From Bdellovibrionales bacterium (GTDB lineage: Bacteria; Bdellovibrionota; Bdellovibrionia; Bdellovibrionales; UBA1609), in NCBI GenBank assembly GCA_963692945.1, contig OY843585.1:390001-422000 (forward strand): a stretch of DNA of 32,000 nt, read 5' to 3'. The translations under genes were made by a program, and so were the position numbers. The notes under the pieces are model-generated. The model ran no database searches, was not told the origin of the DNA, and saw nothing but the letters and a program-made list of their open reading frames with translations. The number at the start of each line of letters is the position of its first letter. The first letter of the stretch is position 1. This document shows, in pieces, positions 9,306-16,483 of the stretch.

Positions 9306-11111
9306 ATGAATGACCAACAACAAATAGGAATTAAAAAATTAAGTCTAAAAGAGCAAAAGGGCTTAATGTTAAATGAGTTTAAAAAACTTGAAGAGAAAGG
9401 TTTTTTTAAAAAAGATATTTTATTTGCAAGAGAACTCAATGAATCTTTCTCTTTAGAAATTGTGCATCCTGAAGTGCTTAATGAACTTATGGATAATGTT
9501 GTTAAAAAAGGTATTAAGATTGTTTTACAAAGTATTGGAGGAAAAACAAAGAATGATCAAGAATTTTTTCTTACCGAATCGGACAACTCTGATTCTGAAA
9601 CAAAACCTATTTTAGATAATAAAGCTCATGACCCTGTTCGTCTTTATTTAAAAAAGATAGGAGGGGTTTCTCTTTTAGATCGTAAAGGGGAAGTTTTTAT
9701 ATCTCAAAATATAGAGAAGGGTGAGAAAAAAATAATGAAATCTATTTTGATGTGTCCTTTAGGTGTGAAAGAAGTCATTAGATTTAAGGAGCATTTGGAT
9801 CGGTCCCGATTGAAAGTGAAAGCCATCATTCGTGGTTTAGAGGAAGAAGAAGAGCAAAAGCACAGTGAAAAAGAATTCATTCAAATTATCAATGAGACAG
9901 TTGTTCATGCTCAAAAGTATTATGATAAAGTGAAGGGTAACTTTCAAATTATTAAAAAATCTTCTAAAGACTCAGAAGATTACCGAAACTCTTTTGTTGT
10001 AATTGAAAAATTTAATAATGATTTGATGGTTAAATTGGAAAAAGTTAATTTTAACCGAAAAGTTATCAACCGTATCAGTTTGAAAATTCGTAACACTTTA
10101 AATAGAATTTATGAATTGGAAAAAAGAATCACAACAGCCATAGAAAAAACAATCTCTAAAGATTTTGCAGATATGGAAGAAAGTTACGGCAAACTGACTA
10201 AAAGTCGTGCAGAAGAGGATAGGATTAAAGAAACAACAGGGCTTTCTTTTTCTAAGTATAAAAAACTCTATCTCTTAGCAAAAGATGCTAGATCAAGATT
10301 GATAAAAATGGATGAGCAAACAGAAATGAATAGAACTTGGTTGTATGATGTTTCCATTCAAATATGGAAAGGGGAGCGAGAGGCTGATAAGGCTAAGTCA
10401 AAATTGGTTCAAGCGAACTTAAGGTTGGTGGTTTCCATTGCTAAAAAATACACAAACAGGGGCTTGCAATTTTTAGATCTTATTCAAGAAGGAAATATCG
10501 GTTTAATGAAAGCTGTTGATAAATTTGAGTATCGTAGAGGTTATAAATTTTCAACTTATGCAACTTGGTGGATTCGTCAAGCCATCACTCGGGCGATTGC
10601 CGATCAAGCCAGAACAATAAGAATTCCTGTTCATATGATTGAGACGATCAATAAATTGGTTAGAACTTCTCGTTATCTATTTCAAGAGTTAGGAAGGGAT
10701 CCAACGCCTGAAGAGATTTCAGAAAAAATGGATATACCAGTAGATAAAGTTAGAAAAGTTCTTAAAATTGCTAAAGAACCTATCAGTTTAGAAACTCCTG
10801 TTGGAGAAGAAGATGATTCTCATTTGGGAGACTTTATTGAAGATCAAAATGTTATAAATCCTTCTTTTGCTATAGCCAATTTAAATTTGGTGGATCAAAC
10901 AAGAAAAGTTTTAGCGACTTTGACTCCTAGAGAAGAAAAAGTTCTTCGTATGAGGTTTGGTATTGGTGAAGAAAGTCATCATACTTTAGAAGAAGTTGGA
11001 CAAGACTTTAACGTCACTCGTGAACGAATTCGTCAGATTGAAGCTAAGGCTTTGAGAAAACTTCGCCATCCAAGTCGCTCTGGAAAGCTAAAAAACTTTT
11101 TAGACAATTGA
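9306..11111 (+). CDS. rpoD: RNA polymerase sigma factor RpoD (sigma70)
   Basis: Region 2 [54 protein letters not shown] and region 4 [30 protein letters not shown]. Confidence 0.96.
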   Translation: MNDQQQIGIKKLSLKEQKGLMLNEFKKLEEKGFFKKDILFARELNESFSLEIVHPEVLNELMDNVVKKGIKIVLQSIGGKTKNDQEFFLTESDNSDSETKPILDNKAHDPVRLYLKKIGGVSLLDRKGEVFISQNIEKGEKKIMKSILMCPLGVKEVIRFKEHLDRSRLKVKAIIRGLEEEEEQKHSEKEFIQIINETVVHAQKYYDKVKGNFQIIKKSSKDSEDYRNSFVVIEKFNNDLMVKLEKVNFNRKVINRISLKIRNTLNRIYELEKRITTAIEKTISKDFADMEESYGKLTKSRAEEDRIKETTGLSFSKYKKLYLLAKDARSRLIKMDEQTEMNRTWLYDVSIQIWKGEREADKAKSKLVQANLRLVVSIAKKYTNRGLQFLDLIQEGNIGLMKAVDKFEYRRGYKFSTYATWWIRQAITRAIADQARTIRIPVHMIETINKLVRTSRYLFQELGRDPTPEEISEKMDIPVDKVRKVLKIAKEPISLETPVGEEDDSHLGDFIEDQNVINPSFAIANLNLVDQTRKVLATLTPREEKVLRMRFGIGEESHHTLEEVGQDFNVTRERIRQIEAKALRKLRHPSRSGKLKNFLDN

Positions 11112-11214
11112 TTGCATAAAAAAGAAATACATGAATCACAATAAAAATTTCTTTAATAAAGACAGGGATACAAAAGTTTTAAGTATTTTAAAAGTGTTAT
11201 GGTGATGGTTTTAA

Positions 11215-11291
11215 GGGGGCTTAGCTTAGTTGGTTAAAGCATCCGGCTCATAACCGGAGGATCGAAGGTTCGAGTCCTTCAGCCCCTACCA
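11215..11291 (+). tRNA. tRNA-Met (anticodon CAT), encoded CCA; a lysidine-modified tRNA-Ile2 cannot be excluded
   Basis: Hand-folded cloverleaf. Acceptor gggggct/agcccct (G1-U72 wobble), D stem gctt/aagc, anticodon stem tccgg/ccgga with loop CTCATAA, T stem gaagg/ccttc with loop ttcgagt, then A73 and CCA. It lacks the three consecutive G-C pairs of an initiator. Confidence 0.9.
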
Positions 11292-11294
11292 CTT
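11269..11294 (+). repeat. att-like direct repeat copy A (3' end of tRNA-Met plus 3 nt)
   Basis: ttcgagtccttcagcccctaccactt; identical 26-mer at 13314-13339 and an 18-nt core at 16011-16028. Confidence 0.85.
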
Positions 11295-11435
11295 GCCTCT
11301 TGAAACCCCTATGTTACTTAGCTTTTATGTTCTATTTTTTCACTCGCTGTGATTTGTCTGGAATGAGCGTGAAACTGCGGGAAATTCTGGGGAAAAACAT
11401 GGTTGTTAGTTATTGATTTTACTTAGTTTTTTCCG

Positions 11436-11467
11436 TTTTTCTAGGTTTTTATAAAACCCTTTTGTCA
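11436..11467 (+). repeat. 32-nt direct repeat R32, copy 1
   Basis: tttttctaggtttttataaaacccttttgtca, identical to 15979-16010, where it directly abuts att copy C. Confidence 0.85.
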
Positions 11468-11514
11468 CGTCTAAATAGTAGTGACTGCTGTTACATCCCG
11501 TTACATGTCTTAAC

Positions 11515-11589
11515 CTATTGAAATAACTAGGTTTTTAATGAATTTCTAGCTATAAAAATGTGGAGAAATTACATAAATTATGCCCAAAA
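11515..11589 (+). repeat. imperfect ~75-nt direct repeat, copy a (orphan gene-tail relic)
   Basis: Aligns with 11718-11793 (ctattGaaataaCtagGtttttAatgaatttct..cataaattatgcccaaaa). On the minus strand it ends in ..FWA-stop, like the real C-terminus of the 473-aa gene. Confidence 0.7.
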
Positions 11590-11717
11590 AGACATTTTTT
11601 TATATTTTAAATATTTTTTCTTAAAACCCAGCCTAACTTTCAAAAGCCTATAGCCTATATTTACAGTTAATTTGAATTTAAAGGCTTAAATAACATTGGT
11701 TTCTTACATACTTTGAT

Positions 11718-11793
11718 CTATTAAAATAATTAGATTTTTGATGAATTTCTGGGCTACTATATAAATATAAAATCATATAAATTATGCCCAAAA
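11718..11793 (+). repeat. imperfect ~75-nt direct repeat, copy b (overlaps the 3' end of the 473-aa CDS)
   Basis: See copy a. It covers the stop codon and last codons (..PFWA-stop) of CDS 11782-13203 plus its downstream flank. Confidence 0.7.
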
Positions 11794-13203
11794 TGGAATA
11801 TAAGAGCTATTGTCATTTTTCTTTTTTATCATTTGATATTCTATAGATTCTCTGATTACTTTAGACACCATTGTATATTTTTTTTCTTCTACTCCAAATC
11901 TTTTTCTTAAAGTTGTATTAGTCATTTTTTTATCTGAAACCCATTGCAAACACGCATGTTGGTAACAAGCTCTTACTCGTTCTTCTTTACTCATTTTAGA
12001 AAACGGCTTTGTTGCAAAAAGAGTTGTAATTGTAGAAAATTGAGTTTTACGAAAATCTGGAGCAGGTAACTGATAAAGTTCGGTTTGTGTAATAACTTTA
12101 TCTATACCACTTCCACGTTTTTCAGAGATATTTATTCTCCTCATAAAATCTACAAGTAATTCATTTCTTGATTTAGAAGGTTCATCTATAAAACGAAGAG
12201 TGTCAATAAGTGGTGTACCAGCATTAGAAATATCAATTCTGTTAGAGAATATTTCAATCATTGGGTTAGAACCTTGAAGATAAAAATCTTGATGTATAAG
12301 AGCATTAGCCACAAGTTCTCGAACAGCAGGTAAAGGAAACATTGATACTTCTTGTCTTAAAGCTCTTTTAATTTCTTCATTTTTGGGAACTTGGCTATCA
12401 ATATATTCAACTATGTTTTCAAATTCTATAGCATACCCTCGTTTAAAATGTTTTTCCCTTACTCCCTTAGTTTTATCAGAGCCAGCATAAACAATCACTC
12501 TTGGCACTTTATGCCTAAGAGAGTGAAAATGACCTAAGTCATGGCTGAACAAAAGTGCACCTAAATTTGTTATACTATAATTACTAAAGCTATTTTTTGT
12601 GACGATTTTTTCAGTTTCTAAACGTTCTAATATAGAAGCATGATTTTCTGGAATAGTTTGGTTAATTTTTCTAAAGTAGTTTGAATAGTCAATAAGATTT
12701 AAAACTTCAGAAGGTTCTATATTTCCAAGAGCTATATCTTCTTCAAAAGTTTTAGTTTCAAAGACTTTCCAAAGATTTCTTTCTTTTTCAGGATAATCTT
12801 TTAATTTTTTTGTGTAGCTACCGACACGAATATAATCAGTTTCTTTAAATCTTGTAGGTTGTATTCTTGCTGGGGAAATTTTAAAAATCACAATTCTTTT
12901 TGCATCAATAATTTCTTCGTGAATAGAAAAATTTATCTGAGATCCAAGTAATTTTAAAAGCCAATTTTCTAATTCTTCATTACCAACTTTATATTCTTTA
13001 GGTTTGAAATTAGTTCCAATAAATTGTTTATTATTATCAACACCCCATACTATATAACCCTGACCTTTATTTAATAAAGTTACTGTATTTGAAATAGCTG
13101 ATATGTTTTCTCCTATAGTATCAGGTTCAATATTGTCTTTTTTAAACTCTAACCATTCAGATTCTGAAGATTTAATAAGAGATCTAATTTGTAATTCAGT
13201 CAT
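11782..13203 (-). CDS. AlbA_2 (Schlafen-like) / HATPase_c_4 / C-terminal wHTH putative transcriptional regulator (RecG-like ATP-binding protein family)
   Basis: N-terminal SESEWLEFKKD..IGENISAISNT..GQGYIVWGVDN matches the AlbA_2 pattern. AVRELVANALIHQDFYLQGSNPMIEIFSNRIDISNAGTPL matches the HATPase_c_4 pattern. The C-terminal TNTTLRKRFGVEEKKYTMVSKVIRESIE looks like a wHTH. Confidence 0.7.
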   Translation of the reverse strand: MTELQIRSLIKSSESEWLEFKKDNIEPDTIGENISAISNTVTLLNKGQGYIVWGVDNNKQFIGTNFKPKEYKVGNEELENWLLKLLGSQINFSIHEEIIDAKRIVIFKISPARIQPTRFKETDYIRVGSYTKKLKDYPEKERNLWKVFETKTFEEDIALGNIEPSEVLNLIDYSNYFRKINQTIPENHASILERLETEKIVTKNSFSNYSITNLGALLFSHDLGHFHSLRHKVPRVIVYAGSDKTKGVREKHFKRGYAIEFENIVEYIDSQVPKNEEIKRALRQEVSMFPLPAVRELVANALIHQDFYLQGSNPMIEIFSNRIDISNAGTPLIDTLRFIDEPSKSRNELLVDFMRRINISEKRGSGIDKVITQTELYQLPAPDFRKTQFSTITTLFATKPFSKMSKEERVRACYQHACLQWVSDKKMTNTTLRKRFGVEEKKYTMVSKVIRESIEYQMIKKKNDNSSYIPFWA

Positions 13204-13313
13204 AGCACAATCTTTATACTCTCTTTTACTTTCTAGTTTAAGTTTTATTACAATGGTTTTTCAATTTCTATAAAATCTAATTTTTTGTTTAAAGGGTTAT
13301 TAACTAAAATCTC

Positions 13314-13339
13314 TTCGAGTCCTTCAGCCCCTACCACTT
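13314..13339 (+). repeat. att-like direct repeat copy B
   Basis: Perfect 26-nt copy of 11269-11294. No cloverleaf upstream, so this is a tRNA 3' fragment only. Confidence 0.85.
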
Positions 13340-13383
13340 TGATTTGTAACTTTATTATCTTCATAGATAGAAAAGCAAAAATT

Positions 13384-13713
13384 TTAGTCCAGTACTCCAT
13401 CCATCCAAAGAAAGAATCGCTCGGATATTGTTAAATGGTGAGCAGGGTTATCTTTTAAGAACTGAGCTGTTTTCCGATGACCATTCCAATAAGCCAAATA
13501 AAAAGCTGTGACAGTCTCATCTCGTTTAGCATTCACATCAGCTCCTTCATTAATTAATTTTTCAACAGTGTCTAATTGACCAGTGTAAGAAGCTAATAAT
13601 AAATCTTTGTTTCTATCATTTTGAATAGTATTTTCTTGAATAGTTTGGCGTGATTTAGGAAAAGCTTGAAATATTCCAGAAAAAATAAATAGTAATATCA
13701 ATAGTTTTTTCAT
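13384..13713 (-). CDS. small secreted ankyrin-repeat protein
   Basis: Signal peptide MKKLLILLFIFSGIFQAFP, then LLLASYTGQLDTVEKLINEGADVNAKRDETVTAFYLAYWNGHRKTAQFLKDN, which fits the ankyrin consensus (..G..D.V..Li..GADvNa.. / ..a...Gh...a..L). Confidence 0.7.
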   Translation of the reverse strand: MKKLLILLFIFSGIFQAFPKSRQTIQENTIQNDRNKDLLLASYTGQLDTVEKLINEGADVNAKRDETVTAFYLAYWNGHRKTAQFLKDNPAHHLTISERFFLWMDGVLD

Positions 13714-13763
13714 AAAATCCTCCGTTTTAGAGATAATATTTAGAGGTAATAAATTTTTTTAGC

Positions 13764-14087
13764 TTAGTCTTTTATGCTCTTGAATGCCATGTAACAATTT
13801 CCAACTCCAATTGATAATAATATTGCTCCAAGATAGGGTGAAGCAGAATTCGCCATTTCGAGACCCATAACCGACGCTCCGAGACCAAGATTAAATCCTC
13901 CAACAGTTGCTGCAAATACCCCCACACCAACCTGAAACCCAGGTTTGTCCATAAGTTGGTTAATTGCATCTGTGGTTGATTGATTCTTCTCTATACTTTG
14001 ACTTTCAGATGCATTAGAAAAACCAAGAGTTGGAAATCCAACGGCAAAAACAAAAGCGAATAAATAAGTAAAAAGTTTAAATTTCAT
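13764..14087 (-). CDS. secreted glycine-zipper small protein, paralog 1 (107 aa)
   Basis: Start moved to the ATG at 14087, preceded by SD AAGGGGG. Sec signal MKFKLFTYLFAFVFAVGFPTLGFS, then a Gly/Ala-rich mature part with GxxxG-type spacing (GVGVFAATVGGFNLGLGASVMGLE..YLGAILLSIGVGNCYMAFK). Paralogs at 16484-16828 and 16947-17295. Confidence 0.65.
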   Translation of the reverse strand: MKFKLFTYLFAFVFAVGFPTLGFSNASESQSIEKNQSTTDAINQLMDKPGFQVGVGVFAATVGGFNLGLGASVMGLEMANSASPYLGAILLSIGVGNCYMAFKSIKD

Positions 14088-14199
14088 TGAGAACCCCCTT
14101 TGATTAAATAACTCAATATACATTGAATACTAAATGAAAGTAGAAATGTAAAGCGGAACTTTCAGAAGAAAGCCTTTAAAATAAGGCTTTTTTTAGTTT
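14016..14199 (-). repeat. conserved 5' module of the glycine-zipper cassette, copy 1 (promoter + leader + signal-peptide coding)
   Basis: About 184 nt, near-identical to 16757-16940 and 17224-17406. On the minus strand it holds TTTACA-17 nt-TATTCA and SD AAGGGGG. Its upstream end carries a hairpin, aaagcctt/aaggcttt (14169-14190), which reads as a T-tailed terminator on the plus strand. Confidence 0.8.
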
Positions 14200-14426
14200 G
14201 TGTCCTGAAAATCAGCCCAAAATATGTCAGAAGACTTCAGAAGAAATCTCTCTAAAGTGAGATTGTAAAAAATTGTTTCTCTAAAATCTTTATAGTTTTT
14301 AAAAATGGCAGAATCTGTTTTTTTCTGCCGTATCTCTATTTAACAACGCAACAACTTTAGCATACTTTTCTGTCATATAATTCAGAACAAGATTCAGAAA
14401 TTCATAAAAAAGTACTTTTTTTGTAG

Positions 14427-14451
14427 AAATACCTTAAAAATTAAGGTATTT
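14427..14451. promoter_or_regulatory. perfect palindrome, candidate AbiEi operator
   Basis: aaataccttaa-aaa-ttaaggtattt: 11-bp arms, 3-nt spacer. The half-site taaggtatttt recurs at 14494-14504, overlapping the abiEi SD. A TATAAT hexamer sits at 14476-14481. Confidence 0.45.
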
Positions 14452-14507
14452 TAAAGAAAAATGTTTAAAATAATGTATAATTATATTAAAATCTAAGGTA
14501 TTTTGAA

Positions 14508-15074
14508 ATGAAAGCTTATAAAAAACTACATCAAATCACTTTTAAACAAGGTGGACTTTTTACAGCTAAACAAGCTGAATCTTGTGGATATGCACGAAGC
14601 AATCATCATTATCATATCAAAACAAAAAACTGGATTAAAGAGGGCTGGGGAATTTACCGACTGGCTCACATTCCAGTTGATGAGATGACTTTTTACTGGA
14701 AATGTCTTTTGTGGAGTTGCAACAACAAAAGTGAACCTACAGCTGTTTTTTCCCATAGAACAGCCTTGAGTTTTTATGAGTTATCTGATGTTAATCCCAG
14801 TAAAGTCACAATGATAGTTTCTAAAAAATTTCAAAAACGATCCCAACCTTTTAAGATGCTACGAATATGTAAAAAGGATTTGTCAAAAAAAGATGTTCAA
14901 CAGTTTAAAGGACTTCCTGTTACAACACCTTTAAGAACATTGCTGGATATGTATGAAGAAGAATCTCTTCCTGAGAGTGTTATGGAACAGGCTGTGAAAG
15001 AAGCATTGGAAAAAGGTCTCATTAGAAAATCTGATCTCAAAAAAAACTCTGAACTAGCGAGGTTTTCTCTTTGA
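14508..15074 (+). CDS. abiEi: type IV toxin-antitoxin system AbiEi-family antitoxin
   Basis: N-terminal wHTH pattern GGLFTAKQAESCGYARSNHHYHIKTKNWIKEGWGIYRLA. 4-nt overlap with the downstream AbiEii gene. Confidence 0.75.
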   Translation: MKAYKKLHQITFKQGGLFTAKQAESCGYARSNHHYHIKTKNWIKEGWGIYRLAHIPVDEMTFYWKCLLWSCNNKSEPTAVFSHRTALSFYELSDVNPSKVTMIVSKKFQKRSQPFKMLRICKKDLSKKDVQQFKGLPVTTPLRTLLDMYEEESLPESVMEQAVKEALEKGLIRKSDLKKNSELARFSL

Positions 15075-15940
15075 AACCTGTAGATAAATATAAAACTGCG
15101 GCAGACTTCCGTAGGGCTGTAAAAAACAAATTGAATGAGATCAGTCAGAATACAGGACAGGATATTCAAAGACTTTATCGTCAAACATCCTATGTTCAAT
15201 TTTTAGCAAGGCTATTTTTAGATGATAATGTTTCTTGGGTATTAAAAGGAGGTCACGCTTTAGAGTTAAGATTGCAAAAATCCAGAGCAACAAAAGATAT
15301 TGATTTAGCTATGAAAGATATGGAATGGATTCATTTCAAAAAAGAGGAAAAATCATCTGCTCTTAGAGAACTGCTTTTGGAAAAATCTCAAATAGACCTT
15401 GAAGATTATTTTCAATTTAAAATTTCTAAACCTATTTTATCTTTGTATGGTGCTCCTTATGGTGGAATTAGGTTTCATATTGAAGCAATGATTGATGGTA
15501 AAACATTCAGTAAATTTTTAATAGATATTGGTATTGGGGATGCTTGGATAGAACCTCAGGACACTCTTCAATTATTAAGTCATTTGGAAGAACTAGGTTT
15601 AAAAAACTTTACAATAAAAGTTATTCCTATTGAGCATCATATCGCTGAAAAAATACATGCTTTAACTCTTCCACGAGATGCGGTTAACTCCAGAGTTAAA
15701 GATCTAGTTGATTTATTTTTAATATTTAAATTTGAGAAGTTTTCCAAAGAGAAGACCAAGGATTGTATAAAAGAAACTTTTATTAAAAGGAATACTCATA
15801 AAATTCCTATAAAGCTTCCACTTCCAAATGTATCATGGGAAAAACCTTTTAATAGTATGGTGGATTCGATTGACGAAAAAATCACTATGCATGAAGCTTT
15901 TAAGATCGTTAATCAGTATTTTAAATCTCATTTGTCCTAA
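15071..15940 (+). CDS. abiEii: AbiEii/AbiGii-family nucleotidyltransferase toxin
   Basis: TTG start overlapping the abiEi stop. FLARLF..WVLKGGHALELRL..SRATKDIDLA is the DUF1814/AbiEii nucleotidyltransferase signature. 289 aa is the typical size. Confidence 0.85.
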   Translation: MKPVDKYKTAADFRRAVKNKLNEISQNTGQDIQRLYRQTSYVQFLARLFLDDNVSWVLKGGHALELRLQKSRATKDIDLAMKDMEWIHFKKEEKSSALRELLLEKSQIDLEDYFQFKISKPILSLYGAPYGGIRFHIEAMIDGKTFSKFLIDIGIGDAWIEPQDTLQLLSHLEELGLKNFTIKVIPIEHHIAEKIHALTLPRDAVNSRVKDLVDLFLIFKFEKFSKEKTKDCIKETFIKRNTHKIPIKLPLPNVSWEKPFNSMVDSIDEKITMHEAFKIVNQYFKSHLS

Positions 15941-15978
15941 TTTCATCTTGATCTTAAGAAAATTAAAACCTTTATAGT

Positions 15979-16010
15979 TTTTTCTAGGTTTTTATAAAAC
16001 CCTTTTGTCA
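15979..16010 (+). repeat. 32-nt direct repeat R32, copy 2
   Basis: Identical to 11436-11467; immediately followed by att copy C. Confidence 0.85.
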
Positions 16011-16028
16011 GTCCTTCAGCCCCTACCA
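16011..16028 (+). repeat. att-like direct repeat copy C (18-nt core)
   Basis: gtccttcagcccctacca, identical to 11275-11292 within the tRNA 3' end. Confidence 0.8.
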
Positions 16029-16123
16029 TTTTCAAAACTCTAGTTCTTCTCTTCTTACTTTTTGAGTTTTCATCGTAAGAGGGACACTCTTTTACAAAAC
16101 TCTCGTTCAAAAAAATATTTCCT

Positions 16124-16187
16124 ACTCTTATTCTAACGAGTTTTCATCGTAGGAGGGATACTCTTCAAATCTCGTTAGAATAAGAGT
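16124..16187. repeat. 17-bp perfect inverted repeat (long stem-loop)
   Basis: actcttattctaacgag (16124-16140) and ctcgttagaataagagt (16171-16187), separated by 30 nt. The loop contains the second copy of the gagttttcatcgta(a/g)gaggga(c/t)actctt motif. Confidence 0.8.
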
Positions 16188-16214
16188 TACTTAATAGGTT
16201 TATTGTGTGAACGA

Positions 16215-16380
16215 GAGAAAACCTACTGGTTTTCGCATGAGTGAGGCAGAGAAAACCTACTGGTTTTCTTTCGCATGTAATGAGGTAGGAAAAACTTCTG
16301 TTTTTCGCATGTGGGGACGCTCTTCAAATCTCGTTAAAATAAAAGTTTTAACATAGAGAAAAACTTCTGTTTTTCGCATG
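16215..16380. repeat. array of four short hairpin repeats (GAAAAYC-tNct-GRTTTTC-GCATG)
   Basis: Hairpins at 16217-16234 and 16251-16268 (gaaaacc-tact-ggttttc) and at 16289-16306 and 16358-16375 (gaaaaac-ttct-gtttttc). Three are followed directly by gcatg; in the second, four extra nucleotides precede it. The C-G to A-T change in the stem is compensated. Spacing is irregular (34, 38, 69 nt). Confidence 0.8.
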
Positions 16381-16483
16381 AGTGAGCGAAAGATAAATGA
16401 TTTTAAGAGAAACCTTTTGAGAGCTTAAAAACCCAACTAAAAAGGAACTTACAAACTTAATAAAAATAAAATAATTTACTAAT

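Noticed and set aside
11363-11416. 17-codon ORF MSVKLREILGKNMVVSY in the GC-richer patch after the tRNA, vaguely like the start of an XRE-type HTH protein
   Set aside because: It is too short, has no SD, and the resemblance is not assessable by eye. At most it is a relic of a former island gene.
13314-13339. Possible extra tRNA genes at 13314-13339 and 16011-16028
   Set aside because: Only the T-loop and 3' acceptor part is present. The upstream sequence cannot form D or anticodon arms. These are att-type duplications, not tRNA genes.
13772-13969. 65-aa minus-strand ORF overlapping glycine-zipper paralog 1 in another frame, and 16608-16808 (+) antisense to paralog 2
   Set aside because: These are alternative-frame or antisense shadows of the Gly/Ala-rich coding region. 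The paralog frame is supported by three-way conservation.
14088-14123. 12-codon N-terminal extensions (MYIELFNQRGFS / MCIELFNQRGFS) of the glycine-zipper ORFs at 14088-14123 and 16829-16864
   Set aside because: The strong SD AAGGGGG lies inside the extension, 6 nt before the internal ATG. Copy 3 starts at that ATG only, and MKFKLF.. is a canonical signal-peptide N-terminus.
14526-15199. ORF-track entries 14526-14756 (-) and 14897-15199 (-)
   Set aside because: They are antisense to abiEi and abiEii, whose frames carry family signatures.
11292-16028. Search for an integrase, transposase or IS element within or next to the tRNA islets
   Set aside because: No ORF with recombinase-like motifs (R..H..R..Y tyrosine recombinase box, DDE or serine recombinase N-terminus) was seen in any listed ORF. 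No terminal inverted repeats typical of an IS element were seen. No mobile_element CDS is therefore reported, only the att-like repeats.
16237-16356. 39-codon ORF (MSEAEKTYWFSFACNEVGKTSVFRMWGRSSNLVKIKVLT) running through the hairpin array
   Set aside because: It has no SD. The reading frame is a by-product of the repeats (each GCATG supplies an ATG), and the repeat units are not in a consistent frame.
16215-16380. CRISPR array or type III TA (ToxI-like) / retron ncRNA interpretation of the hairpin repeats
   Set aside because: The repeats are only ~18-25 nt with irregular 9-45 nt gaps and two sequence variants. There are no cas genes, no downstream toxN-like endoribonuclease and no reverse transcriptase in the window.
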